Part shown: one piece after another, positions 48,039 through 57,328 of the stretch
Layout of the letters: the number at the start of each line of letters is the position of its first letter
Position numbering within the stretch: position 1 is the stretch's first letter
Source of the DNA: Candidatus Fermentibacterota bacterium
GTDB taxonomy: Bacteria > Fermentibacterota > Fermentibacteria > Fermentibacterales > JCC-6
Assembly: GCA_030609965.1 (NCBI GenBank)
Contig: JAUWSQ010000003.1
Span: 3,861 to 67,860, forward strand
Direction of reading: 5' to 3'
Length of the DNA: 64,000 bases
Notes under the pieces: generated by a model
What the model saw: the letters and a program-made list of their open reading frames with translations, nothing else
The model's database searches: none
What the model was told of the DNA's origin: nothing
Program-made: the position numbers and the translations under genes

Positions 48039-48505
48039 TCTTTGAACATTGTCGTCATGTAAGGTTTGAAACCCATCTTACTCCAGAACCCGCGAGCGAC
48101 ATTATTTACATTTGCTACTCGAAGTTCAGTTCTTGTAACACCTTTATCGGCAAACCATTTGGTTGATGCTTTGTAAAGAGCTTGACCAATTCCTTTTCTT
48201 CGATATTCCTCCGCTACTGCAACATCAGATATCAAACCGTATTTATCCACCTCGAATACCGGTGGATATTGGGAAATATCAATCTTTGCATAGCCAATTA
48301 TTCTTCCTGACTCTTCAGCCACTAACAAAGCAGCATCGTCAGATTCTATTTGCCCCTCGAGATGCCTATGGAAATTATCTGGCCCGTCCTTTGAACGAGT
48401 GTAGAAATGATCAAGATTCCGGTGGAAATCCATGAACTCTTTCCAAAGATCTACGATTTCTGGTAGATCAGAACGATTGGCTTCGCGTATTCTCATTTTT
48501 CCCAT
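48029..48505 (-). CDS. GNAT-family N-acetyltransferase.
   Basis: Motif A VAEEYRRKGIGQALY (Q/RxxGxG/A). Confidence 0.8.
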   Translation of the reverse strand: MGKMRIREANRSDLPEIVDLWKEFMDFHRNLDHFYTRSKDGPDNFHRHLEGQIESDDAALLVAEESGRIIGYAKIDISQYPPVFEVDKYGLISDVAVAEEYRRKGIGQALYKASTKWFADKGVTRTELRVANVNNVARGFWSKMGFKPYMTTMFKEEN

Positions 48506-48721
48506 TCCTGTGTTTCAACAATGATTATACTGACTTTTCTGGACTCCAAAAGAATTTCATAACTGAAAATGTATTTATCTTTTTCCCTGGTCAATGGGAG
48601 CTCTCTTGACTTAATAAGTAAACATATATTTACTATGAATATGGAATTCCCCTGGGTAGCAGATGCTGTTGAGGTGACAGACTCGTTACAAGGGTTTAGA
48701 TTCTCCTATCGCAGAAGAACT

Positions 48722-49570
48722 ATCATGGAGGTTCCCTTAATGCATCCTATACTGTTCAAAATCGGTTCCCTTCCAGTAAATTCCTACGGGCTTGCACTTG
48801 CCATCTCCTTTGTTCTCGGGCTATGGCTGGCCGCCAGAAGAGGAGAAGCGGCGGGTGTACAGAAGAACGATGTGTACGATCTTGGAGTACGTTTAATGAT
48901 AGCCGCGATCGTCGGGTCACGCCTTTTCTATGTTATTACACACGTACCTGAATTTCAGGGACACTGGCTGGATGTCATTGCTATATGGAAGGGCCTTTAC
49001 GGCCTGAGTATGCTTGGCGGTGTTATTCTTGCGGTAGCAGTCGGGTTCTATACAGTCTGGAGGAAGAAACTTCCCGTCTGGAAACTGTCTGATGCTGTTA
49101 TTCCATCATTTGCGCTGGGAATCTTCGTAACAAGAATAGGATGTTTCTTCAACGGCTGCTGTTTCGGTTCTGAAACATCATGTTCCCTTGGGATCACTTT
49201 TCCCAATTCTGCCATGCCTTACTCAGGTACAGGTATTCTGCCTGGTGCTCATATTCATCCTACTCAACTTTACAGCTCACTGGCAGGGTTGTTCATAATA
49301 ATCGTGCTGCTCTTTGCAGATCGGCGAAAGCATTTTCCGGGTTTCATATTTGCATTCTTCACAGGATTATACGGGGTTACAAGGTTTGGTATAGAGGAGT
49401 TCCGGTATTTCGATCACGAGCCGAATCTGCTTTTCGGGTTCAGTTCAATAGCAGGCAGATCCGGGATTACCGATAACCAGTTTATCAGCCTTTTAATGCT
49501 TGTCTCCTCCATTCTGCTTGGTATATGGCTATATCTCCGCTATCGAAGAATATCCTCAGCCTCTTCCTGA
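48722..49570 (+). CDS. lgt: Prolipoprotein diacylglyceryl transferase.
   Basis: Lgt signature region (..HPTQLYSSLAGL.., GLYGVTRFGIEEFR). The track ORF starts upstream at 48569. A likely start is MEVPLMHP. Confidence 0.85.
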   Translation: MMEVPLMHPILFKIGSLPVNSYGLALAISFVLGLWLAARRGEAAGVQKNDVYDLGVRLMIAAIVGSRLFYVITHVPEFQGHWLDVIAIWKGLYGLSMLGGVILAVAVGFYTVWRKKLPVWKLSDAVIPSFALGIFVTRIGCFFNGCCFGSETSCSLGITFPNSAMPYSGTGILPGAHIHPTQLYSSLAGLFIIIVLLFADRRKHFPGFIFAFFTGLYGVTRFGIEEFRYFDHEPNLLFGFSSIAGRSGITDNQFISLLMLVSSILLGIWLYLRYRRISSASS

Positions 49571-50244
49571 AGAAAGTATGCCCTGCATGCGGCTCCAGCC
49601 TGGTTGATGGTGCTCTTTTTTGCCCCTGGTGTGAGCTTCGAATAGATCAATGCAGCGAGATTCACTGGAGCAGCACCGGTTCTCCTTTCAGAAATCCTTC
49701 CGGTCTTCAGGGAACTGGAATGACCGGCGTCCCTGTTTATTCAGCAGTTATGTACAGGGGGCTTCCAGGGGAGATTGTTGTCAGGTTGAAATTCAATGGT
49801 GAGAAGCATCTGGCTAAAGCGGCTGCTGGTGTGTTTATGCAGTATTCGATGAAGCTTCCAGGTCCGGGTGATATCCTTGTGCCTGTTCCAGCGGGAAGAA
49901 AAAGAAAAAGGGAGCGGGGGTACAATCAGGCTGCTCTGATTACTGCAAAACTGGCATCCATGTCAGGCTGCAGAAGCCTTGATATTCTTGTTAAGGATGA
50001 CAGCCCCTCGCAAGTTGGCCTGTCACCATCTCAGAGAAGACAGAACGTCGCTGGCATTTTTCATATGAGGGGCCGGTGCAGAATACCCGGCGGAGCGGAT
50101 ATCTGGCTTGTGGATGATGTGGCAACAACCTGCAGCACCATTGACAGCGCCGCTGGAGTGCTGCTGGATTCGGGAGCCTCACATGTATTGGGACTCACTC
50201 TGGCCTACCGAAAAAGGACGACAGATAGTATTATTCATCGATGA
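49525..50244 (+). CDS. comF: ComF-family protein (phosphoribosyltransferase domain, N-terminal zinc ribbon).
   Basis: CPACGS..CPWC and PRTase motif VWLVDDVATTCSTI. Confidence 0.75.
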   Translation: MAISPLSKNILSLFLKKVCPACGSSLVDGALFCPWCELRIDQCSEIHWSSTGSPFRNPSGLQGTGMTGVPVYSAVMYRGLPGEIVVRLKFNGEKHLAKAAAGVFMQYSMKLPGPGDILVPVPAGRKRKRERGYNQAALITAKLASMSGCRSLDILVKDDSPSQVGLSPSQRRQNVAGIFHMRGRCRIPGGADIWLVDDVATTCSTIDSAAGVLLDSGASHVLGLTLAYRKRTTDSIIHR

Positions 50245-50271
50245 ATAGCTTGTTTACCGGAGGGAGCTGAT

Positions 50272-51396
50272 TTGCCTGAAGAACTGAGTTTCACTGTAAA
50301 AGATATTCCTGCATGCACGAGGTACGGTTTCAGCCTGCGGAAGATCTGGATCTTCTTTAAAACACTTGTTCTCTCCTGGGTCATATGGGACTTCTTTGTC
50401 TACCTGGGTTTTTTCGCTGCGGGTTGCGATCTTGCATCCAAATGGAGCCAGAGCCGCCTTCTTCCGCTGCCCGGATCCCTCTTCTGGATGGACCCCGTAC
50501 CGGTCATTCTTCTGGCAGCTGGTGTTGTGCTGATAATCTATGTGCTTATGCGCGGATCGTTAATGGTATCGAAGATGACATTCCAGCAGCTCCGGGGAGA
50601 TGAATTCTTCTCAACTTCCGATGCGGCTGATTTTGCAAAAGAGCACTCAGCACCACTGATCTCGATTCCACTATTGCTTGTAGTGACACTCCTCCTTATT
50701 TACGGCGCCGGTGCCCTGACTGGTCTGATATCCAGGATACCTGCCGCCGGTCCTATTGCAGCTTCACTTCTTTCCATACCTCTCTGGGGTGTCATGCTGC
50801 TAGGGGTATTGACTTTATCTGCACTGATCCTGTCCCTGAAACTTTTGCCGGCTATTACGGCCTGCACAGGGGGAGATTCATTTGAATCGGTCTTCGAAGT
50901 ATTCTCAACACTTACATCCCAGTCATGGCGGCTGTGTCTTTACTGGCTATTGTCGATTCTGGTTATCGTGCTCGGTGGAGCAGCCTTCCTGCTGCTATCA
51001 TCTGTTGCTGTAAGCTTTCTCTCTCTTTCGGTTTCTGCCGGCGCTGGAGACGGCGGGCTGGTCGCTGCATTGTCATCAGGCCCGCAGCTGCTGGCACCGG
51101 AGGCGCTTCCCTTTTTCGCGGGATTACTTGGGCAGCAGGGAGATGTTCAGGCGTGGTCAGGCTTAGCAGGTATTCTTGCAGGTATTTCCGGAACCGCCAT
51201 GTTACTGATAATCGTATCGTATTTCCTGTCCAGTTACTCGTCCGCCTGGACTCTGATCTATGTTATTCTGAAATACAGAAAAGACGGAGAGGATCTGATC
51301 GACAGGGCTGAGCGGGAAGAGCAGCGGGAGTTTGACCGCATGTATGAAGATTGCGAAAAAGATTCAGAGGCGGGGAAAACGGATCTGTCCGGATGA
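50272..51396 (+). CDS. Polytopic membrane protein, hypothetical, with acidic C-terminal tail.
   Basis: Multiple TM helices, Ala/Leu/Gly-rich. No recognisable family. Confidence 0.5.
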   Translation: MPEELSFTVKDIPACTRYGFSLRKIWIFFKTLVLSWVIWDFFVYLGFFAAGCDLASKWSQSRLLPLPGSLFWMDPVPVILLAAGVVLIIYVLMRGSLMVSKMTFQQLRGDEFFSTSDAADFAKEHSAPLISIPLLLVVTLLLIYGAGALTGLISRIPAAGPIAASLLSIPLWGVMLLGVLTLSALILSLKLLPAITACTGGDSFESVFEVFSTLTSQSWRLCLYWLLSILVIVLGGAAFLLLSSVAVSFLSLSVSAGAGDGGLVAALSSGPQLLAPEALPFFAGLLGQQGDVQAWSGLAGILAGISGTAMLLIIVSYFLSSYSSAWTLIYVILKYRKDGEDLIDRAEREEQREFDRMYEDCEKDSEAGKTDLSG

Positions 51397-54300
51397 GCAA
51401 AGCTGTCGATTTCGTTCATCTTCACCTGCATTCTGAATACAGCCTTCTTGATGGCGCCATCAGATTTGACCGCCTGGCAGCGTATCTCACCGAGAACGGA
51501 ATGAATTCCGTTGCAGTAACCGATCATGGCAGCCTCTTCGGAGCGGTTCAGTTCTTTGACAGGATGGCTGATAGAGATATTCATCCTGTGCTGGGAATGG
51601 AAGCCTATCTTGCCTATCCATCCATGACCGACAGAAGCAGGAACAGTAAAAGGTATCATCTTACACTTATTGCAAGGAATGAAACCGGATACCGTAACCT
51701 TTCCAGGCTTTCATCCGCCGGCTATATCGATGGCTTCTATTACAAACCCAGAATAGACAGGGAACTTCTGGCGGAGTTCAGCGAAGGTCTGCTGATAGGT
51801 TCAGCCTGTCTTCAGGGGGAAGTGGCTCAGCATCTCCTTGCGGGTCGAAAAGAGAAAGCAATTGAAGCAGTACGTTTTTACCAGGATATTGTCGGTAGGG
51901 ATAACTTCTTTATTGAGCTCATGGACCACGGACTTAATGATGAGAAGAGCGTTCTGCCCCTGCTTGCCGAACTTGCAAAAGAAACAGAGGCACAGGTGGC
52001 GGCAACCAATGACGCTCACTACCTGAGGAAATCGGATCACGAAGCGCATGAGGTGCTCCTGTGCATTCAAACGGGGAAAAATCTGGATGACCCGGGCAGG
52101 ATGCGTTTTGAAACTTCAGAATTCTACGTAAAAACACCACTCGAAATGCAGAAGCTTTTCAGCTGGATCCCTGAGGCAGTCACTAATACTGTGAAACTTG
52201 CTGAGAAATGTGATTTTGTGCTGACTCAGGGAGATGTCCTGATGCCGGAATTCCCCCTTCCCGAGGGGGAGCACGACATGCAGGAATACCTGAGTAAGCT
52301 TTCCTACGAAGGATTGAACAGTCGTCTTGCGAGAGAGCCCCAGAGCCATGAACTGGAAAGACTCGATTACGAGCTGGGAATCATCGGAGATATGGGCTTT
52401 CCCGGATATTTCCTTATAGTGTCGGAGTTTATGAGGTGGGCAAGGTCCAGAAACATACCAGTAGGACCGGGAAGAGGTTCCGCGGCCGGAAGTCTTGTTT
52501 CCTATGCGCTTGATATCACCGGTATTAACCCCCTTGATTACGATCTGAGTTTCGAACGCTTTCTTAATCCCGCGAGAAAGGAAATGCCGGATATCGACCT
52601 TGACGTCTGTTGTGAACGCAGGGGCGAGATCATTGATCACATCATTGAGATGTACGGCAGGGAGAACGTCTGTCAGCTGATAACCTTCAGCAGGATTCGA
52701 AACAGATCAGTGGTTCGCGATGTTGCAAGGGTCATGGGCTTCAGCGTCCCGGAGGGTGATGCCCTGGCGAAGCTGGTCGCGTCAGCTCCGGATCCGAGCG
52801 CACCGCTTCCCGAGGTAGTAAACAGCGTACCGGAGCTTTCCCGGAGAGTTAAGGACGAGAAGAAAATAGAAAAACTCTTCGACTACGGATACATACTGGA
52901 GAATCTGGCAAGGCATTCCGGTGTGCATGCTGCCGGTGTGATAATCGCTCCGGGCAATCTCCGGGAATACGTTCCGCTATATTCTGCAAAAGAAGGTATT
53001 ACAACCCAGTATGAAAAGAAGAGCGCAGAAAAGATCGGTCTTCTGAAACTCGACCTTCTGGGGCTTCGCAATGTAACCGTTATACACAGAGCTCAGGAAC
53101 TTATTCTCCGAAATAATCCTGGACTGGAAGTAACCGAACTGCCCTTCAATGATCCTGAAACATTCGCAATAATCCGAAAAGGAGAAACAGCAGGTGTATT
53201 TCAGCTTGAAAGCTCCGGCATGCGTGAAGCTCTCAGAAAGATCAATGTAAGCTGCTTCGACGATGTAATAGCGGCCGTGGCTATTTTCCGCCCCGGATCA
53301 ATGGACATGATAGATCTTTACGCAGACAATAAAAAGGGTATTGAATCGGATGACGCGGATTTCAGAATAACCTATCTCCACCCCGACCTGGAGGATGTTC
53401 TCGCTCCAACATACGGTGTAATCATCTATCAGGAACAGGTAATGAGGATTGCGAATGTTCTTGCGGGTATGTCTATGGTAGAAGCCGATACACTCAGAGT
53501 GGCTATGTCGAGGAAGAATCCCGAAGTAATGGCCCAGATGCGGGAGAAATTCACAACAGGAGCAGTTAACAGAGGCGTTAACAAGAAAACCGCAAAGAAA
53601 TTATTCGATCTTATTGAGAAATTCGCCGGTTACGGATTCAACAAATCACATGCTGTCTGTTACGCGGCCCTTGCATACTGGACGGCATGGCTGAAGGTTC
53701 ATCATCCATCCGAATTCCTTGCTGCCTGCCTTACAAGTGAGATAGGTAAGATAGAAAGAATAACCCGGATCATTGATGAATGCATCAGAATAGGTGTTAC
53801 CGTAAACCCGCCGTCGGTTAACGCGAGTTCTGTGGTCTTTGATGTAGACGACAGCTTCAGGATCATCTACGCTTTATCGGCGATTAAGAATGTAGGTGAG
53901 GGTCCCTCTTCGGCAATAATCGAAGAGAGGCTTAAGAATGGTGATTACAGGAGTATATTTGATTTCTGCACGCGGCTTGACAACGGAGATGTGAACAAAA
54001 AAACACTGGAATCACTCATCGGTGCCGGAGCCATGGACTGCTTCGGAGTTAACAGAGCATCGCTATTCGATTCGATTGATCAGGCTGTTAATTATGGAGC
54101 TGCGGCGAGAAGACACAGGGAAGCCGGACAGATGTCATTGTTTCAGGGTGCCGGAAACGATGAAGATGATTCAAAGGAGAACGAGCCGATATTAGAGCAG
54201 AAGGAGGAGTTCTCACTTGAGCATCGCTGTTCAATCGAGAAATCACTTCTGGGATTTTATATGACTGGACACCCTCTTGAGATGTATTCAGATGAAATAG

Positions 54301-54860
54301 ACAGCTTCTCAACCGATCCGGTGGAAAAAGCTGGAAGAAGCGAAAGAGCTGTTGTGACCATAGCTGGAATGATTATTCAGAAGAAGATAATACCAACGAA
54401 GCGTGGTGATATGGCTTTCGTGCTCATGGAGGGCAGAACCGGGACTGGTGAAGTAGTAGTATTCAACGATGCACTGCTGAAATACTCTGATCTTCTTGAA
54501 CCTGGCAAACTGGTACTTATGGATGGAGAAGTATCAAGGAGAAGGGGGGACAGCCGTTTCAGCGCGAGAAGAGTATACTCTCTTGACAGTATAAAACTGC
54601 AGCTCAAAGCAGGGATTACAATAATCGTTGACGGAAACAATCCGAGAATTGAATTGCTGCGGAAGGCAGTTGATTACATGAAAACAAGCAGTGGCCGAGG
54701 AGACGTTATTGTAGATATCAGACATAAGTCGGGCTGGAGGGTAAAGGGACTGTCAAGGTCGATCAGGGTATTTCCCGGCTGTGAATTGATTGAGAGTCTG
54801 AGGGAACTTCTCGGCACGGATTCTGTGATCCTTTCAAGGGGGAAGGGGCCTCGAATATGA
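51393..54860 (+). CDS. dnaE: DNA polymerase III alpha subunit.
   Basis: PHP domain HLHLHSEYSLLDG, pol III alpha palm/fingers motifs (e.g. FNKSHAVCYAALAYWTAWLK), OB-fold C-terminus. About 1155 aa. Confidence 0.95.
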   Translation: MSKAVDFVHLHLHSEYSLLDGAIRFDRLAAYLTENGMNSVAVTDHGSLFGAVQFFDRMADRDIHPVLGMEAYLAYPSMTDRSRNSKRYHLTLIARNETGYRNLSRLSSAGYIDGFYYKPRIDRELLAEFSEGLLIGSACLQGEVAQHLLAGRKEKAIEAVRFYQDIVGRDNFFIELMDHGLNDEKSVLPLLAELAKETEAQVAATNDAHYLRKSDHEAHEVLLCIQTGKNLDDPGRMRFETSEFYVKTPLEMQKLFSWIPEAVTNTVKLAEKCDFVLTQGDVLMPEFPLPEGEHDMQEYLSKLSYEGLNSRLAREPQSHELERLDYELGIIGDMGFPGYFLIVSEFMRWARSRNIPVGPGRGSAAGSLVSYALDITGINPLDYDLSFERFLNPARKEMPDIDLDVCCERRGEIIDHIIEMYGRENVCQLITFSRIRNRSVVRDVARVMGFSVPEGDALAKLVASAPDPSAPLPEVVNSVPELSRRVKDEKKIEKLFDYGYILENLARHSGVHAAGVIIAPGNLREYVPLYSAKEGITTQYEKKSAEKIGLLKLDLLGLRNVTVIHRAQELILRNNPGLEVTELPFNDPETFAIIRKGETAGVFQLESSGMREALRKINVSCFDDVIAAVAIFRPGSMDMIDLYADNKKGIESDDADFRITYLHPDLEDVLAPTYGVIIYQEQVMRIANVLAGMSMVEADTLRVAMSRKNPEVMAQMREKFTTGAVNRGVNKKTAKKLFDLIEKFAGYGFNKSHAVCYAALAYWTAWLKVHHPSEFLAACLTSEIGKIERITRIIDECIRIGVTVNPPSVNASSVVFDVDDSFRIIYALSAIKNVGEGPSSAIIEERLKNGDYRSIFDFCTRLDNGDVNKKTLESLIGAGAMDCFGVNRASLFDSIDQAVNYGAAARRHREAGQMSLFQGAGNDEDDSKENEPILEQKEEFSLEHRCSIEKSLLGFYMTGHPLEMYSDEIDSFSTDPVEKAGRSERAVVTIAGMIIQKKIIPTKRGDMAFVLMEGRTGTGEVVVFNDALLKYSDLLEPGKLVLMDGEVSRRRGDSRFSARRVYSLDSIKLQLKAGITIIVDGNNPRIELLRKAVDYMKTSSGRGDVIVDIRHKSGWRVKGLSRSIRVFPGCELIESLRELLGTDSVILSRGKGPRI

Positions 54861-55579
54861 TTATCAGGTGTATTCTAATTATGGGTCTTCTTGCGGCATC
54901 CGCAGGGGAAGCAGTATCCGGAGAACTTATGAGACTGGTAAGGGAGCCTACTGCGGGTATTGTCGCACCCCGAACGTATCACTTTTCCATGAATACGTTT
55001 CCCGATGATGGTTTGAGGTTTTCACTTATGACAGGCATCTTTCCAAGATTCGCAGTCGGGCTTGGATATGGAGGATGGAATATCACTGGGCTTAACAGTC
55101 CAACATGGTTCCATCATCTGTATCTGAAAGCGCGATTCAGATTCCTGGATGAAACCGAATCCTTTCCCGGAGCTTTGCTGGGATTCGATAATGAACCTGA
55201 AGCGATCCGATCCGGATCTTCGTACCGGAGATCTGCGAGGGATATCTATCTTGTATTCAGCAAGAACTTCCTTTCGTTCGGTGGTGATATGGCCTTTCAT
55301 TTTGGAATGAGCGCCGACGTTAGAGAACTGATTCATGTCGGTGTCTGGACCGGTATGAATAAAGCTCTTCCCGGCGGGTTCGGATTGGCATTGGAGTACG
55401 ATTTCGCGACGGATCAAGCTGATTCAGTCCGTTTTGACAACAATGGTGGATTCCTGAGCGGTGAGATCTACTGGGAGAGTTTCGGACAGGTTAGAATTTC
55501 ACTGCAGTTTATTGATATTCTCGAAACAGGTGGAGAGAGTTACAGAGCTCTTGGAGTGGATTTTCTAGGACTGTTCTGA
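54857..55579 (+). CDS. Putative outer-membrane beta-barrel protein.
   Basis: Signal peptide, alternating amphipathic beta-strand pattern, C-terminal Phe. Confidence 0.45.
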   Translation: MIIRCILIMGLLAASAGEAVSGELMRLVREPTAGIVAPRTYHFSMNTFPDDGLRFSLMTGIFPRFAVGLGYGGWNITGLNSPTWFHHLYLKARFRFLDETESFPGALLGFDNEPEAIRSGSSYRRSARDIYLVFSKNFLSFGGDMAFHFGMSADVRELIHVGVWTGMNKALPGGFGLALEYDFATDQADSVRFDNNGGFLSGEIYWESFGQVRISLQFIDILETGGESYRALGVDFLGLF

Positions 55580-55612
55580 AACTACCTGATTGAAACTGAA
55601 TGGAGACGAACA

Positions 55613-56842
55613 ATGGATTTTGATGAACTCAGGAGAAGATACGCTGAAGTGATTATTGAAACCGCGATCAATCTTCAGGAGGGACAACCTCTTCTCATTC
55701 GTACCGAAGTCATTCAGCGTGATTTTGCGAAGGTTCTTGCCGAAGCTGCCTATTCAAGAGGAGCTTCCTTTGTATCGGTGCAGTTCTCCGATCCAGAGCT
55801 GGGAAGGCTGAGGATCGATAATACTCTTGATGACAATTACCTGAAATTCACACCATCCTACCTTGAGAATATGTACGATTGCTATTTAAAAGACGGCTGG
55901 AGCAGCATATCTCTGAGGGGACCGGAATTCCCGGATATCATGGAGGGAGCCGATCCCGTACGGGTAGGACTGGTAAGCAGAGGGAACTCGGAGGTAATGC
56001 AGGGTTTCCTGAAGGGCATTTCCGCTAATAGAATCGCATGGAACGTCTGTCTTTATCCTACCAGAACCTGGGCAGCGAAAGTACTTGGAAGCGATGAAGA
56101 CTGGGAAAGAAGAATATGGGAAGTACTTATTCCGATTCTGCGTCTTGATAACGACGATCCGGCGGGAGCCTGGCTTGCGCACGATGCAGAACTCAAGCGA
56201 AGATGCGAACATTTGAATAGAGCCAGATACGACAAAATTCACTTCACAGGACCGGATACTGATCTGTTCATAGGAATGGCACCGAACAGGGTTTTCGCAG
56301 GGGGCAGCTGCACCAGCCAGAAAGGCGTAGAGTTCTTTCCGAACATTCCCACTGAGGAAATATTCAGTACCCCGGATTCATCGCGGACAGAGGGTTTTGT
56401 AAAAACTACCCGCCCGGTGGAGGTTCTGGGAACACAGGTTACGGGAGCCTGGTTCAGGTTCAGTGCCGGCAGGGTGGTGGAGTTCGGTGCAGATACCAAC
56501 AGGGCAATACTGGAGCAGTATCTCAATTTCGATGATGGTGCCAGGGCTCTTGGAGAAGTTGCGCTGGTGGGTTCGAATTCCCCGATCTTCAGAAGTGGAA
56601 AGGTGTTTTACAACATTCTTTTCGATGAGAATGCCTCATGTCATATCGCATTGGGAAACGGTTACGCCGATTGTATCGAGAATGGAGTCAGAATGTCGGA
56701 TGATGAGCTTTGCGAGACCAGATGCAATTCTTCGCTTGTTCATACTGATTTCATGATAGGTTCCGAGGAGGTTTCCGTCTCCGGGGTTGCGGAAGACGGG
56801 AGCGAAGAAAACATAATTGAACAGGGTATCTTCGTTATTTAG
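55613..56842 (+). CDS. Aminopeptidase, M29 (AmpS/PepS) family.
   Basis: 409 aa. M29-like N-terminal region and overall length. By-eye similarity only. Confidence 0.55.
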   Translation: MDFDELRRRYAEVIIETAINLQEGQPLLIRTEVIQRDFAKVLAEAAYSRGASFVSVQFSDPELGRLRIDNTLDDNYLKFTPSYLENMYDCYLKDGWSSISLRGPEFPDIMEGADPVRVGLVSRGNSEVMQGFLKGISANRIAWNVCLYPTRTWAAKVLGSDEDWERRIWEVLIPILRLDNDDPAGAWLAHDAELKRRCEHLNRARYDKIHFTGPDTDLFIGMAPNRVFAGGSCTSQKGVEFFPNIPTEEIFSTPDSSRTEGFVKTTRPVEVLGTQVTGAWFRFSAGRVVEFGADTNRAILEQYLNFDDGARALGEVALVGSNSPIFRSGKVFYNILFDENASCHIALGNGYADCIENGVRMSDDELCETRCNSSLVHTDFMIGSEEVSVSGVAEDGSEENIIEQGIFVI

Positions 56843-56851
56843 GAGTGGATT

Positions 56852-57031
56852 ATGCTTGATGAAAAACTGCTTCAGATTCTCGCCTGTCCCAGGTGTAAAG
56901 GAGAGCTGGAATACAGGACCGACCCGGAAGAGGTTCTCATATGTAATTCCTGCAGTCTGATCTACGAGGTCAGGGATGATATTCCAATTATGCATGTGGA
57001 CGAGGCAAAACCTCTGAAAGAGGAATAAATC
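56852..57031 (+). CDS. Trm112-like (UPF0434/DUF343) small zinc-ribbon protein, 59 aa.
   Basis: [16 protein letters not shown]...[19 protein letters not shown] is the Trm112p-like signature. AGGAG RBS. Below the track's 60-aa cutoff. Confidence 0.7.
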
Positions 57032-57043
57032 GACCAGTATTCA

Positions 57044-57328
57044 ATGAGCTCGGAAAGCGGTACTCTGCATATAAGGATAAAGGTTATTCCTAGAGCATCC
57101 GTCACCGGGATAAGAGGAAGGATGGCCGATAATACGGTTAAGATAGCCCTTCGCGCTCCTCCTCTTGCAGGCAGGGCGAACGCTGAGCTTATAAAATTCC
57201 TCGCAGGAGAATTCGGTACTCGCCCCTCATCGGTCAGCATTATCTCAGGGATTTCATCTCGAAAGAAGCTGATTGCCATCGATTCGCATTCAAGAATCCC
57301 AGGCTGGTTCAGAGAACAGGATCCATGA
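57044..57328 (+). CDS. DUF167 (YggU/UPF0235) family protein.
   Basis: LHIRIKVIPRAS...IALRAPPLAGRANAELIKFLAGEFG...SSRKKLIAI matches the DUF167 pattern. Confidence 0.7.
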   Translation: MSSESGTLHIRIKVIPRASVTGIRGRMADNTVKIALRAPPLAGRANAELIKFLAGEFGTRPSSVSIISGISSRKKLIAIDSHSRIPGWFREQDP